Positions 11,481 to 24,800 are shown, counted from the stretch's first letter. The stretch: DNA of 64,000 nt from Vitrella brassicaformis CCMP3155 (GCA_001179505.1 CDMY01000153.1:117393-181392), one strand, 5' to 3'. A program made the numbers and translations. Notes: generated by a model not told the origin, from the sequence alone.

Positions 11481-12920
11481 ATGTATATCGGGCCATGGCA
11501 GGAGCTCAAACTTGCGAGAGTGCTGGCACTGCAACGCACGCTCGAGAAGGTCAACAAGCAAGAGAAGGATGACGAAGCGCACCGCACCGACAAGCCTGCC
11601 CGAAGCGGCCTCCTGCCGCCGCTCCCCAATCCCCCTGCACGCGATGCCGCCATGCCCATGCGCCCGCCCTACATCATGGACTTCGGCAATGAGCCATCCG
11701 ACCCGCTTGTCAGAAGGTTTCTGCCTGGTGCGGCGGCGGGCATCCCCGAGAACACCTACAGCCTGCACGACACCGCATCGGCCAAGGCCAGTGCAGCGCG
11801 ATTGGAGAAGGCCCACGTCAAGCTGGAGCAGTGTTACCAGCAGTGCTCGCGCATCGTCAACATGGCCAGCACCATTGTGCATCGGCAGAAGAGGACCGTG
11901 AGGAAGGCGCATGAGGCGGCATCGCATTGCCCATCGGTTGCGCACACGTCGGTGCCGAGCGGGGCGAGGACGCCTCAGTCGGTTGGGGCTGACCACGAGA
12001 GGCTACGAGACAGGGCCGGGATAACGTCACGTAAGAAGCCGCTGAGGAGGACGAGGAATGATCCCACGACCACGCCGGTGAAAAAGAAGCTGACGGAGCA
12101 TCAGAAGAGGGTCAAGCAGTGGCAGCGAGTGTTCAGTGACCAGCAGGGGCACGGAGGAAAGGAAGTTCCTCTCTCTCCCGGTACCTCTATCCCCACTCTG
12201 TCTCCGGCAGCCCAGAAGCCTCCCCTCTATCCCAAGCCCAGCCCAGCCAGACAGCCACCTGCCAGAGAGCCTGCAATGGACTCCCCACAATCGGAGATGA
12301 AGAAGAGGCTGTCGTTTTCTTTCACACCCGAGAGATCGCGCTTGGCAGAGGCGGGGCGGGCTGTTGTGACAAACGGTGTCTCGTCGTCTCGGCAGAAGAC
12401 CCCCTGTTTCGCTTCTCTCGACGCGCCTTCGCCGTCAAGCCGGCCGGCCTCACCCACATCGAAAGAGATCAGGGAGGCCTTCCAGGCGGCAAGGAGCCTG
12501 CTTGAGAAGAAGGAACCACCTGACAGCCATCCAGCGCCTGCCCCTGAACCCGCCCCCGCCCCTCCCCAGGAGCAGCCTGCTGAGACACGGCCATTGAAGA
12601 GCCGTGGCAGCTGCAGCAATAGCAGTGATGATCGCATGGTGGAGCGGGGCAGCGGCAGGCCAACAGAGAGACGGCAGTGGACGGTGAATATGATCCACAC
12701 CGCCTCCACAAGGGAGACAGACTACGCCGCTACATCGCATGACGGCACATCGAGACAGTCGTCGACCGACACGATGAACGGGAATGGGAACGGTGTGCTG
12801 AACGGGAGTGGGGATGCTATGGGTGAGTCTGAGAGCGGTGAAAAGGGAGTAGATGAGGGTGAGTGGTGTGAGCTCGAGGACGATCTGATTTCCTGGGCAC
12901 AAAGACTTCCTTGCGCGTAG
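11481..12920 (+). CDS. Hypothetical protein, 479 aa, intronless, mostly disordered with a short coiled coil
   Basis: Uninterrupted 1440-nt ORF without microsatellites; helical N-terminus MYIGPWQELKLARVLALQR and C-terminus WCELEDDLISWAQRLPCA. Confidence 0.7.
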   Translation: MYIGPWQELKLARVLALQRTLEKVNKQEKDDEAHRTDKPARSGLLPPLPNPPARDAAMPMRPPYIMDFGNEPSDPLVRRFLPGAAAGIPENTYSLHDTASAKASAARLEKAHVKLEQCYQQCSRIVNMASTIVHRQKRTVRKAHEAASHCPSVAHTSVPSGARTPQSVGADHERLRDRAGITSRKKPLRRTRNDPTTTPVKKKLTEHQKRVKQWQRVFSDQQGHGGKEVPLSPGTSIPTLSPAAQKPPLYPKPSPARQPPAREPAMDSPQSEMKKRLSFSFTPERSRLAEAGRAVVTNGVSSSRQKTPCFASLDAPSPSSRPASPTSKEIREAFQAARSLLEKKEPPDSHPAPAPEPAPAPPQEQPAETRPLKSRGSCSNSSDDRMVERGSGRPTERRQWTVNMIHTASTRETDYAATSHDGTSRQSSTDTMNGNGNGVLNGSGDAMGESESGEKGVDEGEWCELEDDLISWAQRLPCA

Positions 12921-13122
12921 TTCCCTTGCTGACCGAGCTGGGGGGTTTCTTCAATTTCTTTCCTATTTCGTTCCACGGTTCCATGATGCATGTCAAATAA
13001 ATGACTTGGTCGGTCACAAATATATGCACACCTACCGATATGCAGCGTGCATCGATACGATAGTCGTGCGACTGATACACACATAGACATACCAATCCAT
13101 CCACCCAGCCGCCCGCCCCTCT

Positions 13123-15900
13123 TCAAGGCTTCCAGCCAGCCACTCTCTTCTCAGCAGCAATGACATATCGCCGTCCCAGCCGGCCGCGCCTCACACTCGG
13201 TGGCCGATAACCCTTTCCCACAGGAATCCTTGGCAGCAGAGGCCCTTGAAGTTTGCCCTTCTCTCTTTGGCGGTCAGGCTCCGGTCGGCACGGCACAGTT
13301 TGACCAACCACACACGGCAGGTTCGCGGGAACACACTCTCTCGGCGGCGGATCAGCAGCAGCACCACACTGCTGTATCCTCTTGCTCGTGTGCGAAGGGG
13401 GCAGGCGATGCGATCCCCGCACGAGAGGTGGCAGGCTCCGATGCTGACCTGACCTGTCCGCTGCTGAGTGCTCGGGCGTCTCCTGGTTGCCTTTGCTTGA
13501 GGGGGAAGAAATTGTGTCTCGAGTGGAGTCAGTCGGGATAAGAGCCTGATTGCCGCGGCCGCGCACGATGATGGGACCAAGAAGAGGTGGCGGTCTCACA
13601 GTGGCGGCTTGGGGGACCGGCGGCTGTGTTGATGTCTCCGCCTCCCTCTGTTGTCGTCGATTTGGCAACGCTGCCCGCAAGCCCGGTAGCAGCGCTGTGC
13701 CGTCCGCCGGACAGCGGAGCGAGGGCAGGTGCTCCTCCTGATGATCCCCATCGGTTGTCTCATCTTCGTTCTGACATCCACTGTCTTGCAGCATGGATGC
13801 CAGACATGCTGAGTGCACCACGTGTCCACATGGCAGGCTGACCAGCTTGCCGGTCTTCTCCTGTCCCTGGCCGCACTTGACACACTTCTGTCGCGCCATG
13901 GCAGCCAGAGACACGCCCATCCCATCATGATTGCCACTCTCCTTGATGGTCGCCGCAGGTTTGTGGGAGGGCAGAAAGCCACGGACCTCCAGCGCATGCT
14001 TCCGCAGTTGGCCCGTCTGAGCGACCGGCGGCAGCACCGGTCTTCCCCTGTCTCCTGATGGCTTGTCTTTCACCTTGCCGGCTGCCGAGACGAGCTCCCA
14101 GTGTTGGGAATGAATGGCGAAGCTGACAGCCTCTCTAATATCGAAATCTGACGCCGTTAGGTCTTGGCCCTCCACCGGCTGAGCAAGGCAAGGCGGCTGG
14201 CCGACGAAGCGCTCCACCAGGTCAGACGGAAGGGGATCCCGGTTGCGTGATGGGTGGTGGTAGCGCATTGGTCTTGGTTGCGGCTGCTGCGCGAGGAGAG
14301 TGAGGACGTCGAAGTCAGATGGCTCCACCTCGCGATATTGCAACGCCTGAAAAGAGATGAAGGGGTGTGCAGGGGAAAAACAGCAGTCCTGTCATTCTCA
14401 GCGTACCTCCATGAAATGGTGCATATATTCCGACATTTCTTCAGCCTCTGATCCATCCTCGCCCTCATCATTAGCTGGATACAACCGAGACACAGCGACG
14501 GGCGCAAGGAATGAGCATGGCATATTAAAGAGCCTGTGTGCATTCGACGCACCTCACCTGCCAGCCTCGACGCAGAGTGCCAGCAATCCTTTGGTGTCCT
14601 CTTGACGATATACGGATGGTGCTTCCGGTTGCACTCAAACTTCCTGCCCTTCCCCCTGCGATCGTCCCGTCCCTCACCCTCCCACCCAGCCTTGCGATAG
14701 CACGTCAGGCATAGGTGCGTCTTCGGACACACAAGGCAATGGAACAGCGGTCCCCGCACAGGCGCCATGCCACATCCCCTGCACCGCCAACCGAAGTGCG
14801 GGGCCGGGGAGTGACCCCGCTGGCCGGCGTTTCTGCCGGCAGTGACTGCAGGCTGGTCGACTTGGTCCAGCAGGGCGTGCCAGACCTCAGGAGACCACTC
14901 CACTCTGCACATTGGGCAAGTGATGGCCTCATTTAGCGAAGTGCGATGCTGAGCCCAAATCTGTGAGCAGGAAAAGGCAAAGAGTTTTGCGTTCGTGCGT
15001 GTCTTCCCACTGTCTCCATCAATGCGCACCTTCATGCAGGAAGCGTGGAAATTCTGTCCACAGCCCCCCTTGCACCAAGTCAACCCCTCCAGAGCAATAG
15101 CAGCCCGTCCCTCTCCCTCTCCCTCTGCGAATGCGTCTCCCTGTGGAGGCCGCTTCCCCTCCCTGCTTGCCTGCCTTTCCACTCCCACTCTTTTGTTCTG
15201 GGGAACGAGATGCTCCTGACAGATGGGACACCGGTCTTTGTGCTCCACCTTGACGCGCCCCTGATCATGTCCATGTCCACCACCATCTCCCGGTTCGGCT
15301 GAGGCTGTTGTGCCTCCGGCTGCGTTGGCTCTTTCGAGTGCGCGGGCGCGCGCTGCCTTGAGGTGCTCCTCGCGGAGCGTGAGGAAGTGATTGAGCTCCC
15401 TGTCTGTGAAGGCCACCTGCCATGCTATCGGCGAGTCAAGGGGGAGGCGGAGGACCTTGTGCAGCACGTATACCTGTGCAACAGAGACAGGAGAAGACGC
15501 GATGTCTCGAGTGTACGATTGAATCTGACCGAGTGGAGGCAGTGTTCGCCCTCGTCGGTGCCGCATGTGCAGTGGATGTTGGCTCCCAGAGTCACGCGAT
15601 GAGTCACTCGACGCTGGTGAGCCGCAGCCGCACCGTCCTGCACCACGAAAGAAAGAGGGCCTGCCAGCAAGAGCCACACACGACACAAGGGTCTGCCGGG
15701 GCTGCCTCCACTACTGTGCTGTCCACTGTACCGGGCGTTTGGACGAGGAATATGCGCTGGTCGTCGAGGAGGGCTACAGCCTCCTGGTAAGCAAGTGAGG
15801 GGCGATGCCTGAAGGGGACAAACAGACAGTATGGGCGACGGAGAAGACGCAACAGTGGCCCGGAGGCTCCCGTCCACCTAAACGGCTTTGAACGGCTCAT
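13123..15900 (-). CDS. ZSWIM2: ZSWIM2/MEX-like E3 ubiquitin ligase (SWIM + RING + ZZ + RING-like)
   Basis: Spliced N-terminus MSRSKPFRHRPSLAYQEAVALLDDQRIFLVQTPGPLSFVVQD...HRVTLGANIHCTCGTDEGEHCLHS-YVLHKVLRLP (SWIM CxC...CxH). RING CPICQEHL...CKGGCGQNFHASCMK...CPMCR; ZZ CRGCGMAPVRGPLFHCLVCPKTHLCLTCY; second RING CVKCGQG...LPCGHVVHSACL...CPAD. Confidence 0.85.
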
Positions 15901-16192
15901 TGAGCGAATAGGATTGCACGGTCACATAGTAGCGTCGTCACTGCAGAGCTGCAACGGCCTCAATGATTTCGCTCGCTCGAAGGTGGTACCAAGGTGAGCA
16001 CTTGTCCGTCACAGTGTGTTTTAGTTTGGTTTTTCCTCTCGGCAGTAGCAGCAGCGGTTTCATGAAGCCAATTTTCTGGCAGCCACTTGCGAGCTTGAAA
16101 TGCGATCCTTACTTATCTTTCCCTGCCTGTTTTCTTTCCCCCTCTGTGGTCGTCGTCAGCTGAGTGCTGAGCCCCTCTACCCTTTGCATGCC

Positions 16193-17336
16193 ATGAATCT
16201 GATTCTCGTTGATCTCTCTCTTGTCCAAGACGGGATGGTGGTTCTCAGCGGCAGACAAGGCAAGCACTGCCGGGAAATCCTCAAAGTCAAGGTCAGCAAC
16301 CACATGCACACGCGCACACAGACACACACTCACACATCTGATCTCTATTCCTTCCCATCAGTGCACTCAATTCACTCATTGCAGGTGGGTTCGGTCATTC
16401 GTCTGGGCGTCAAGAACGGCGCCAAGGGCGAAGGAGAGGTCACTGCGATGGACTCTGGCAGCGTCACGGTCAAGCTGCTGTTCGACTGCCATTCGCCGTG
16501 CAAGGAGCCGATGCCGCTCATCGACCTTATTGTGGGGCTGCCGCGGCCGAAAGTGTTCGAGAAAGTGCTTCAGACGGCCGCAACTATGGGGGTGGGAAGA
16601 CTGATATTCGTGTGCTCGACGCGTGCGGACAAGGCGTACCTGTCTTCACCCAAGGTCAAGGCTGACAGCATTTGGGAGGACCTGCAGATAGGTCTCGAGC
16701 AGTGCATGTCTACGCGCTTCCCCGATGTGCACGTCTACGCGTCATGGGCCATGCTGCTGCACGACCTGCCAGTTCGATTCTGCCACCCGTCTGATAGCAG
16801 CCGGTCTGCAACCCGGCTGCTGGTGGCCGACCCGTCCGCTGAGTCGACTCTCTCTGCTGCGCCTATAGAGCTGCAGCGGCACTCGGAAGGAGGCGTGTTG
16901 CTGGCAGTGGGGCCGGAGGGCGGGTGGATTCCAGAGGAGCTGGAGGGGCTCTATCGGCTGGGCTTTCATGGGTTCACGATAGGGGAGAGGATCCTGCGAG
17001 TGGAGGCCGCCTGTGTGGCCCTCATGGCACAGGTAGGTAAATACGCCGTCCCCCGCCCAACAATGACAGATAGATGGTGCGGTTCTTTCATGTGTCAATC
17101 AGATCGGTATGCTGCTGAATGATCCTGTGCTGCGGAATGGTCTCCCGCCCGCCACAAGGGGGAAGGGCGGCGCGTCACCGGCAATGGCTGCTGCAGGGGC
17201 TGAGTCAGTCGTGCGGCTGCCGATCAAGGGGGCCAAACAAGCAAAGGAGGCCGACGCGAGAGAGGGAGAGGGCGAGGGGATGGGAGATGCAAGGGAGGCG
17301 GATGACGGTTGTGTACAGGATGACTCTCCTGAGTGA
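16193..17336 (+). CDS. rsmE: 16S rRNA m3U1498 methyltransferase (RsmE, SPOUT family), probably organelle-targeted
   Basis: MNLILVD...GRQGKHCREILKVK|VGSVIRLG...LIVGLPRPKVFEKVLQTAATMGV...LAVGPEGGWIPEE...IGERILRVEAACVALMAQ. GPEGG and G-x-RILR-x-E are RsmE signatures. Two introns. In-frame extension to 16100; true start uncertain. Confidence 0.9.
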
Positions 17337-17339
17337 CTG

Positions 17340-20300
17340 ACAGAGGGTGCTGGATGGGATGGATGGGGGCTCCTGCTGCATGTGAGGTGAGAAGACGAGA
17401 CAGACAGAGAAGGTTGGTTGACCAGGTATCTCATTCACTCATTCATGGACACACACACACGTCCATCCAGGCATCAGGCATCATGCAATCAATCGTTCGG
17501 CTGTACGAACACATAATCGTAGTCGGTCTGCCTGGCTGCCCGCCGGTCACACACACACACACACACACAGACATGAAGGAAGGCAATCGAGGAGGGCCAG
17601 GCAAGGGAAGAGGCAAGAAGGCAGCTAGCCATAGGCTTGCAACTGTGCGTTGCGTTTGATCCATGAATCCACCAGTCACGCAATGCAATCACGGAGCTAT
17701 ATGTGCTGCGCTGCAATTCTCTCTTTGTGCCTTCTCTTGTTAGTCGATTCTTAACCACCACACCGCAAGAAGGAAGAGAAGAACAAGGGAATGAATGGAT
17801 CAAGGGAAGGAAGCAAAGATCGGTGGATGGATGGATGGTATGTGGCCGTCCGTACATCTGTACGCACCACGTCATGATGCATGGCGGATGTGGCTTGTGT
17901 GTGTGTGTGTGCTGCACAGAAACAGGCAGGGAGGCAGGCATACAGCCATGCAGTCATCCATCGTGGGAGTGCTGTGGCTGTCTCTCGGTGTGTGTGGGGT
18001 GGATAGGAGCCAAGAAGAACCAGCGAACGAACGAATGGACACACATCCACTGACTAGTCTTCACACACACACACTCACAACAAGGCAGGCAGGCAGGCAG
18101 GCAGCCCGCCAGCCCGTCACGCCATCAAACAGTGCGGTGGCGTGGGTGGGTGTATGTATGTAGGTAGGTATGTAGCATGTCTACAGAGCGCATGCACGAC
18201 CGATGTTTGTGCGTCAACCATATATTGTCAGCCTTCCGTCCCTCTCTCCTTGCCTTGCTCACACACAAAAGACAGACAGACTGACAGACCGACGGACGGA
18301 CGCACCGACACAGGGACATTAAATATGACGACATACTCTCTCTCTCTGTCAATCCAATCTGAGCACGTAGCGTAGGGAGACAGATAGCGTGGCTACATAT
18401 CGCATCACCGTCACACCATGCCATGACTCACCTTTCACACATGTCCATCGATCTGTCTGTCTGGTGCTGAATGGCTGGTTGGCTGCTGAGTGAGTGATGT
18501 GTCTCGGCCCAAATCGACCGACGAGAAATACACCCATTGGACACACAGACAGACCCATCGCTCACTGGCACACGCACGTCCCCACCCACGCACACATGCA
18601 TACGGGAAATGCAGGCAGGCAGGAGGCAGGGGGTCGCCGAGAAATGGCCGTCGAGCGCACACAGGCGGTGTTGCCTACATGCACGCCCGAGGTCTGCTTA
18701 TGTGACAGCGAGGGAATAGCAGAGGAAGAAAAGTGCACACACACACACGCAGGCGGGATCGATCGATCGATGGATGGATCGGTGGGTCGATGGTCGGCCC
18801 CGATGGTGAGATAGAAAATGGATGGGAGGGATGCGCGTACGATGCGAAGGAAGACAAGGCAAGGCAGTTTGTCTGTCTGTACATACAGGGAGCTCACCTG
18901 CGTGAGTGAGTGAGTGTGTGCGGGCTGTCTGTCAGGATGCATGTGCAAAAACTCACACAGGCATCCATATGATATACGGAAGTATGTGTGATCATCAACG
19001 ACGTCATTACAACAATACAGACAGGCACGAGCGGCCGGGCGGGCGGGCGGGAGGGCAACAGACACAGAAAGCCCTCAGGCAGCCAGGCAGGGAGGGAGGC
19101 AGGCGGGTGACCACCAAAAATAGGAGACACACCACACACGGCTGACACACGTGGCTGGCCGGCGCGTCCGTCTCTGTCTGCGTTGAGCCAACCAAGTAAG
19201 TCGACGATCGAACAAGAGAACGAGCAAGAGAACGGATGAATAGGGAGAGTGAGTGAGAATTGTGTACGCATGGCCTGCCTGCCTGCCTGCCTTCGAGCCT
19301 CTCTTCCAAACGGACAACCAGCCAACCAGCAACATGCATTCAGTGCGCCATCCATCCAGACACTGTCACAGCAAAGGGCCCTTAACCAACAGGTTGTAAT
19401 ACCCATCTGAGCAGGTTGTGCGTGTGTGCAAGTGTGTGTGGCTGTCGGAGCACTCCGCCGCTTGCTCATCCCCGACCTAGTGCCGTCCCCTGCCTTTTGT
19501 GGCACGAAGCAGGACACGCCGAGGGCGAGAAGCGGCCAAGTGCCACAGCCAACCAAGTGCGACCGACCGACCGACCAACCGACCAACCAACACATGAACC
19601 AGTTGTCAAGTATGTGGCTGGTCAAGAGAGAGATAGGGAGCATGAGGACTAATGATAACAAAGAAGAAGCCTTCACTCAGTTCGACAGCATTAGGGTCCG
19701 TTCCGGTCCGTGGGGCACCGACCGACGAAAACGCAGCCATCCGTCCGTACATCATCTTACTCACAGTCATTGTCGCCCTTCCGTGAATGCAGAAAAGTCC
19801 GCCTGTCCGTCCACTGATGGGATGGATAAGTGGATGAGTGGATGGATCAGTGCTTCCCATAGCGTAGCCATAGGTCCATCTAGAGAGGAGAGAGAACAAG
19901 ACCAGGAAAGATCCCTCCTTCCGTCCGCCTGTCCGTCTGTCAATCTGTCCGCCTGTCCGCCTGTCCGTCTGTCCATCTGTCCGTCTATCAGCCCGTCAGC
20001 TAGTCACTAATAGTGAGTCAGCCACACACCACACCCAGTGGAGAGAGAGTCTAGACAGGGAGGGTGTGCATGTCGTGTGTGCGATCGAGAGAGGAGGAAG
20101 CCGAGCCGATACACACACGACTGCACCGCCCAGTCAGCCCCGCCGTTGGCACACAGGCGCCCTTAAAAGCAACGCAACCAAGGAAGGAACCACTCAGGCA
20201 CTGACTCAGTCAGCAAAGGACGATAGATACACACACGAGACACACACACGAGAGCAGGCGGGGGCCGGCGGGGAGGCCCCTTGCTTCGTTCGTTCGCTCT

Positions 20301-21830
20301 TTATACATGTACAAACAACAACGACAACAGGTCGTGAGCTGTGTGGGTCTGTCTGTTCGGATGGGATGAAATGAATGGGTGGGTGGATGGCTGAGTGTGT
20401 GGATTTACATAATCAAATGTGTGTGTATATGTGTGTGTGTATGTGTGTGTGGTACCAACAACAACAAACCAACAGCCGACACAGACGGGGACTGTCTGTC
20501 TGTCTGTCTGGAACACAACACGACCCGTAACAACCAACCAATGTACACACATACATACATACAGGGTATGGTATACGTAATATGTATGGTATATATGCGT
20601 ACCACAAATACATACATAAGCAGTTGGTTGGGTCAAGTCGATAGAAAACAGACAGAAACGGAAAGCAAGCAAGGACAAGAAAGAAAGAAAGAAAGAAAGA
20701 AAGAAAACAACAAACTGACTCAGACTCCTGAGTTGGGTGAATGGCTGAATGGCTGCATGAATGGCTGGCGGAATGTACGTATGGCTGCGTGTATGGCTGC
20801 ATGGACGGGCAAGGGAAGAAGGCAGGCAGAGGAATACAGGGGACGGACAGAGGGAGGGAGAGGACAGGGAGGGAGGGAGGGAGGCCAGTAGCGTTAGGTA
20901 GGTAGGTAGACAGGCAGTTCTCTCCATTCGTTAGATACAAACACACACACACAGACGGACACATACAGACAGCACCGACCGACCGACCACCCACCCGGCC
21001 CCCCATTCCCTGAGCAATATATCGATAGACAGAAAGATAGGCTGCCTGCCAGCCTGCCTGCCCGCCTCTAGAATAAGGGCGGCGCTGCACGGCACGGCAC
21101 GGCACGGCACGGCACACAAACGACCGACACGTCATTCTACACCACCCCACACCCACCCACCCCACAGCGCGCCACACCACACCACAAACGCCTTGCTGCT
21201 GTCTTTCCTGCCCTGCGTGTGTGCGAGTATGTATGTATGTATACATCCTCCCTCCCCCAAACAAGTGAGTAGGGAATGAGCAAGTAGGCACGACACACAC
21301 ACACACACAGACAGACAGTGGCTGACTGACATGAGAAATACAGGGGGGAGGGAGGGAGTCAAGCAGGCAGACAGGAAGGGGTAGACGCATGGATGGATGG
21401 ATGGATGCGCACACACACAGGCAGTCAAGAAGGAAGGCAAATAGCGCGTGGCTGTCAGTTAGTGGTGTGGATGGATGGATGTGTCTATGTACGTATACAT
21501 ATGGGAAAACCTATGGCACGAGGCGCACACAAGACAGGGACAGGCAGCCACGCATGCCAGCACTGTCCCGGCCCCTCCCGTCCTGTCCTGTCCTGCCCCG
21601 CGCACTCACTCACTCTCAACCACCCCCCCCCACCCCACATAACACCAATCAATCGATATGATCACAGATTACACACACACGGGTAGCTGCGTCTGCCTCC
21701 CCCACCCACACCACCCACATCAGCGGCCTCACTCATCCATCCGTCGCTCAATCCGTCAAGAAAGGCATGCATCAATGCGTCAGTAGCATCAGGCAGTCAG
21801 GGCAGGAGGGAGGGAGGGCGGCAGGTGAGG
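17340..21830. repeat. Long simple-sequence-repeat-rich intergenic/3' region between convergent rsmE and GWD
   Basis: Dense (CA)n, (GT)n, (GGAT)n, (CAGA)n, (GGCA)n, (GGCAC)n, (GAAA)n and (GTAT)n arrays. ORFs here translate only to low-complexity repeat peptides. Confidence 0.85.
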
Positions 21831-21839
21831 GCAGATGGA

Positions 21840-24800
21840 TCACCTGCTGACGCCTGCCTGGGGGCGGGTCTGTACGATGATGATTTGGTTGCTCTTGATG
21901 AGCCCCTCTATGTCCTGGGGGCCGCCCATGGCCTCCTCGATGTCGAGGCCGATCTTTGCGATGTTCTTCATCAGCTGCACGCGCCACTGCTTGTCGTTCA
22001 CCAGACGCACACCGCGGTACTCTAAACGCACCCGCTTCGCCTCGTCCGTCACATAACTACCAAACATGCCTGCACCGCACCAAATCGACAAACGGATCAG
22101 GCAGGAATCATCAATCAGATGCAGCCAGCCACTGATCCATCCATCCATTCGTGTGTGCGTAGGGTACCCTGCCCAATGACTCCCTCGAGCTTCTGTGCGT
22201 TGGGGTCCGCCCGGAAGATGATGGACGGCCTGCCCAGGAGCCCCACCGACTTGCTGGGGAAGGACAGGCACTGTGGCTCCGCGCCAGCCGACTTGTTGAC
22301 GCGGAAGCTGAGCGCCCGGCCGGGGAAGGACAGGTTGGCTGTGAGGGCCTCCCCCAGCCCCACCACGATCTCGGCGTAGAGCTCGTCGTTGCTGGCGTCC
22401 TGCTGCGGGAAGGGGTTGCAGGTGTGGATGATGAAGGCGTAGTCGGGCGGGACGACCTCCTGCGCGAGGATGGCCAGGCTGAGGTCGGCGTACGAGAGGC
22501 GGGCGCGGTGGATGGCGAGCCAGGGGCGGAGGGAGAACATCGAGGCCCACACCTTCTTGATGCACTCCCACGCCCTGCTCTCGCTCGACATGAACAAAGC
22601 ACCCAGCCGCTTGCAGCTCGTGTCCTGCACCGCCTGACGGAACTCCTGCATCGCATGCATCGCATCAACCAATAAACGAACGAACAGAGAGACACAGACA
22701 TACATACACGCCGGATGGATTCTCTGCCAGGAGACTCCCATCCCAACCAGCCCAGCCAGCTCACCTGCATGAGCTCGGGCGGCGCAACGAGTCTCATGAC
22801 GAGTTGCCGCGCCTCCTCCAGCTGCCGATTAAGGGGGCTGTCGCGCGCAGTAGGTGGCGTCGCGACGTTGCCGGTGGCCCCCACATCTGCAGTGCTGAGG
22901 CCTGGTGCGAGTGTGGGTGGGCCGGTGGGGGCGGGGGGCGGCGACGCCAGCTGCGACGAGTGGGAGAGGTCCTTGAGCACACGAGTGAGCGACTCCAGGA
23001 TCTGGCACACGCACACATACACATACACACATACATACACACATGCATTGCATGAAGCCGGCGATATGTCAGTCAGATGTCGGTCGAATGGTCGGTCGGT
23101 CGGTTGATGGTTTAGCTTACCCCCTCGTTCTTGTGGTAGAGGAGAGTCCGCTCGAACGTGCCGAACGGCAGGGCCAGCGACTGGGGGATCTGCACCGAAT
23201 TCACGCCCACCGACGCTGAACGGGCAAACGAGCCCAACACCGAACAGACAGATGAGACGATGGATGGATGGACCGACCAACACAAGCACCACCATCTCCC
23301 TCCCTCCCTCCCTCCCTCCCTCCCTCCCAAGGGCTGCTTTGCTTACCCATCCTTTGCAGGTTGAGGCACTTCTGCCCCACATTGTGCGCGTCGAAGTCCC
23401 TCGCCAGCACTACCCACGGGGCCCCGCTGGCCGGGGCCATCGACAGGTTGAGCGGCTCGCCGGTGGGCGGGGGGGCGTGGTGCGGCTGGTGCCTGCCGAG
23501 GGCGGCGTCACTACTAGTGGCGGCGGATGCGTCGCCTGTCGGCCGGGTGAGCTCTGGGGGGGTGCCCTCGGGTGTGAGCTCGGGGTTCTCGACGCGTGGG
23601 CAGGCCTTGATGAAGAGGTCGCTACCGTCGCGCTTGACCGTCACACGCACCCACTGGCCGTTGTAGATCCTGCAACCAACGAATGGTGGCGAATGGATGA
23701 GAGAGGGATGATGGGATGTTTTGCATTTATTGTGATGCGTTTGTTGGATGGATGGGTCTTACTGGAGTCGCTCTGTGATTTGTTTCTCGAAGCATGTGGC
23801 GAAGAGGATGCGGAGGTTCCGCGCCCGCACGGCGAGGTGCGAGAGGAGGTCTGGCCCCTCCGAGCCGTGCCGCACCAGCACTCCCACCAAGCCCTCAGGG
23901 ATCTCCTCCTCACCTATCAAACACACACATGCCACGCCCGCCCCATGTGATTGATGTGGATGGATGGATCATTCACTTTGTCATTCTGTGTGTCTGTGTC
24001 TGTGTCTGTGTGTGGGTGTGCATGGCATGGCATGAATTGCCCACCCCACCCACCTGAGGCGGCGTTGCAGACGAGTATGGTAGGGACTTCGAAAATGCGA
24101 TCCTCGACGCTCGTGAGTCGGTCTACGAGCACGAGCTCGCCCTCGACCCGCTCTACAGTCGACACGAGCTGCCATGGCGGCAGGTGGGCTATCTCACGCA
24201 AGAACGGCTCCACACGCTGCAGCACCTGCAGGCAGTGTGGAAAAGGATCGACGGAGGGAGGGAGGGAAGGAGTTAGGCGTGTAGCTCTTCCTCCTTCGTT
24301 GGTTGTCTTCCTTGTTGGCTGGTTTGTTTACTTGTGAGACTGAGAAGAGCACTGAGTTTCTGACCATGTCTTCTACGAAGCACTCGGTGGTCGACCCGTC
24401 GGCCCCCACGTGCTGCCCCAGGAACGTGGCCTTGTCGTGGAAATTCTCCTCACACAAATCCATCAACTTACCCACACAACTGCAGAGCACAGCACACACA
24501 CAGACAGAGACACAGGCACCAGTAAGTACATGAGTGCGCTTTCCCTCCGTGCCCTCAGCACACACACAGACATACATACACACCGGTGTATTCGGTCACA
24601 GACGCTCTTGAGACAGAGCGCGCTCTCGACGGGGTTGTCATCAGCCGCCCCCACCGAGTTGCCTGCCCCCCCGCTCGCCTCGCTGGGCGGCGACGCCAGC
24701 ATGGCCTTGGGCGGCTCATTGAAGGACGTCTTGGGCACTGGGGTGGCCACGAGCATGGGGGCGACGAGAGAGGGCCCCACCTGAGGTGCGGACGGGTTGG

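Noticed and set aside
11406-11996. Upstream part of the 289-aa minus ORF 11127..11996
   Set aside because: Antisense shadow of the 479-aa CDS; only the last 92 codons look like a real protein.
18894-21414. Long ORFs (260, 333, 208 aa etc.) in the SSR region
   Set aside because: Translations are CVCV/HTHT/PACL repeats generated by stop-free microsatellites.
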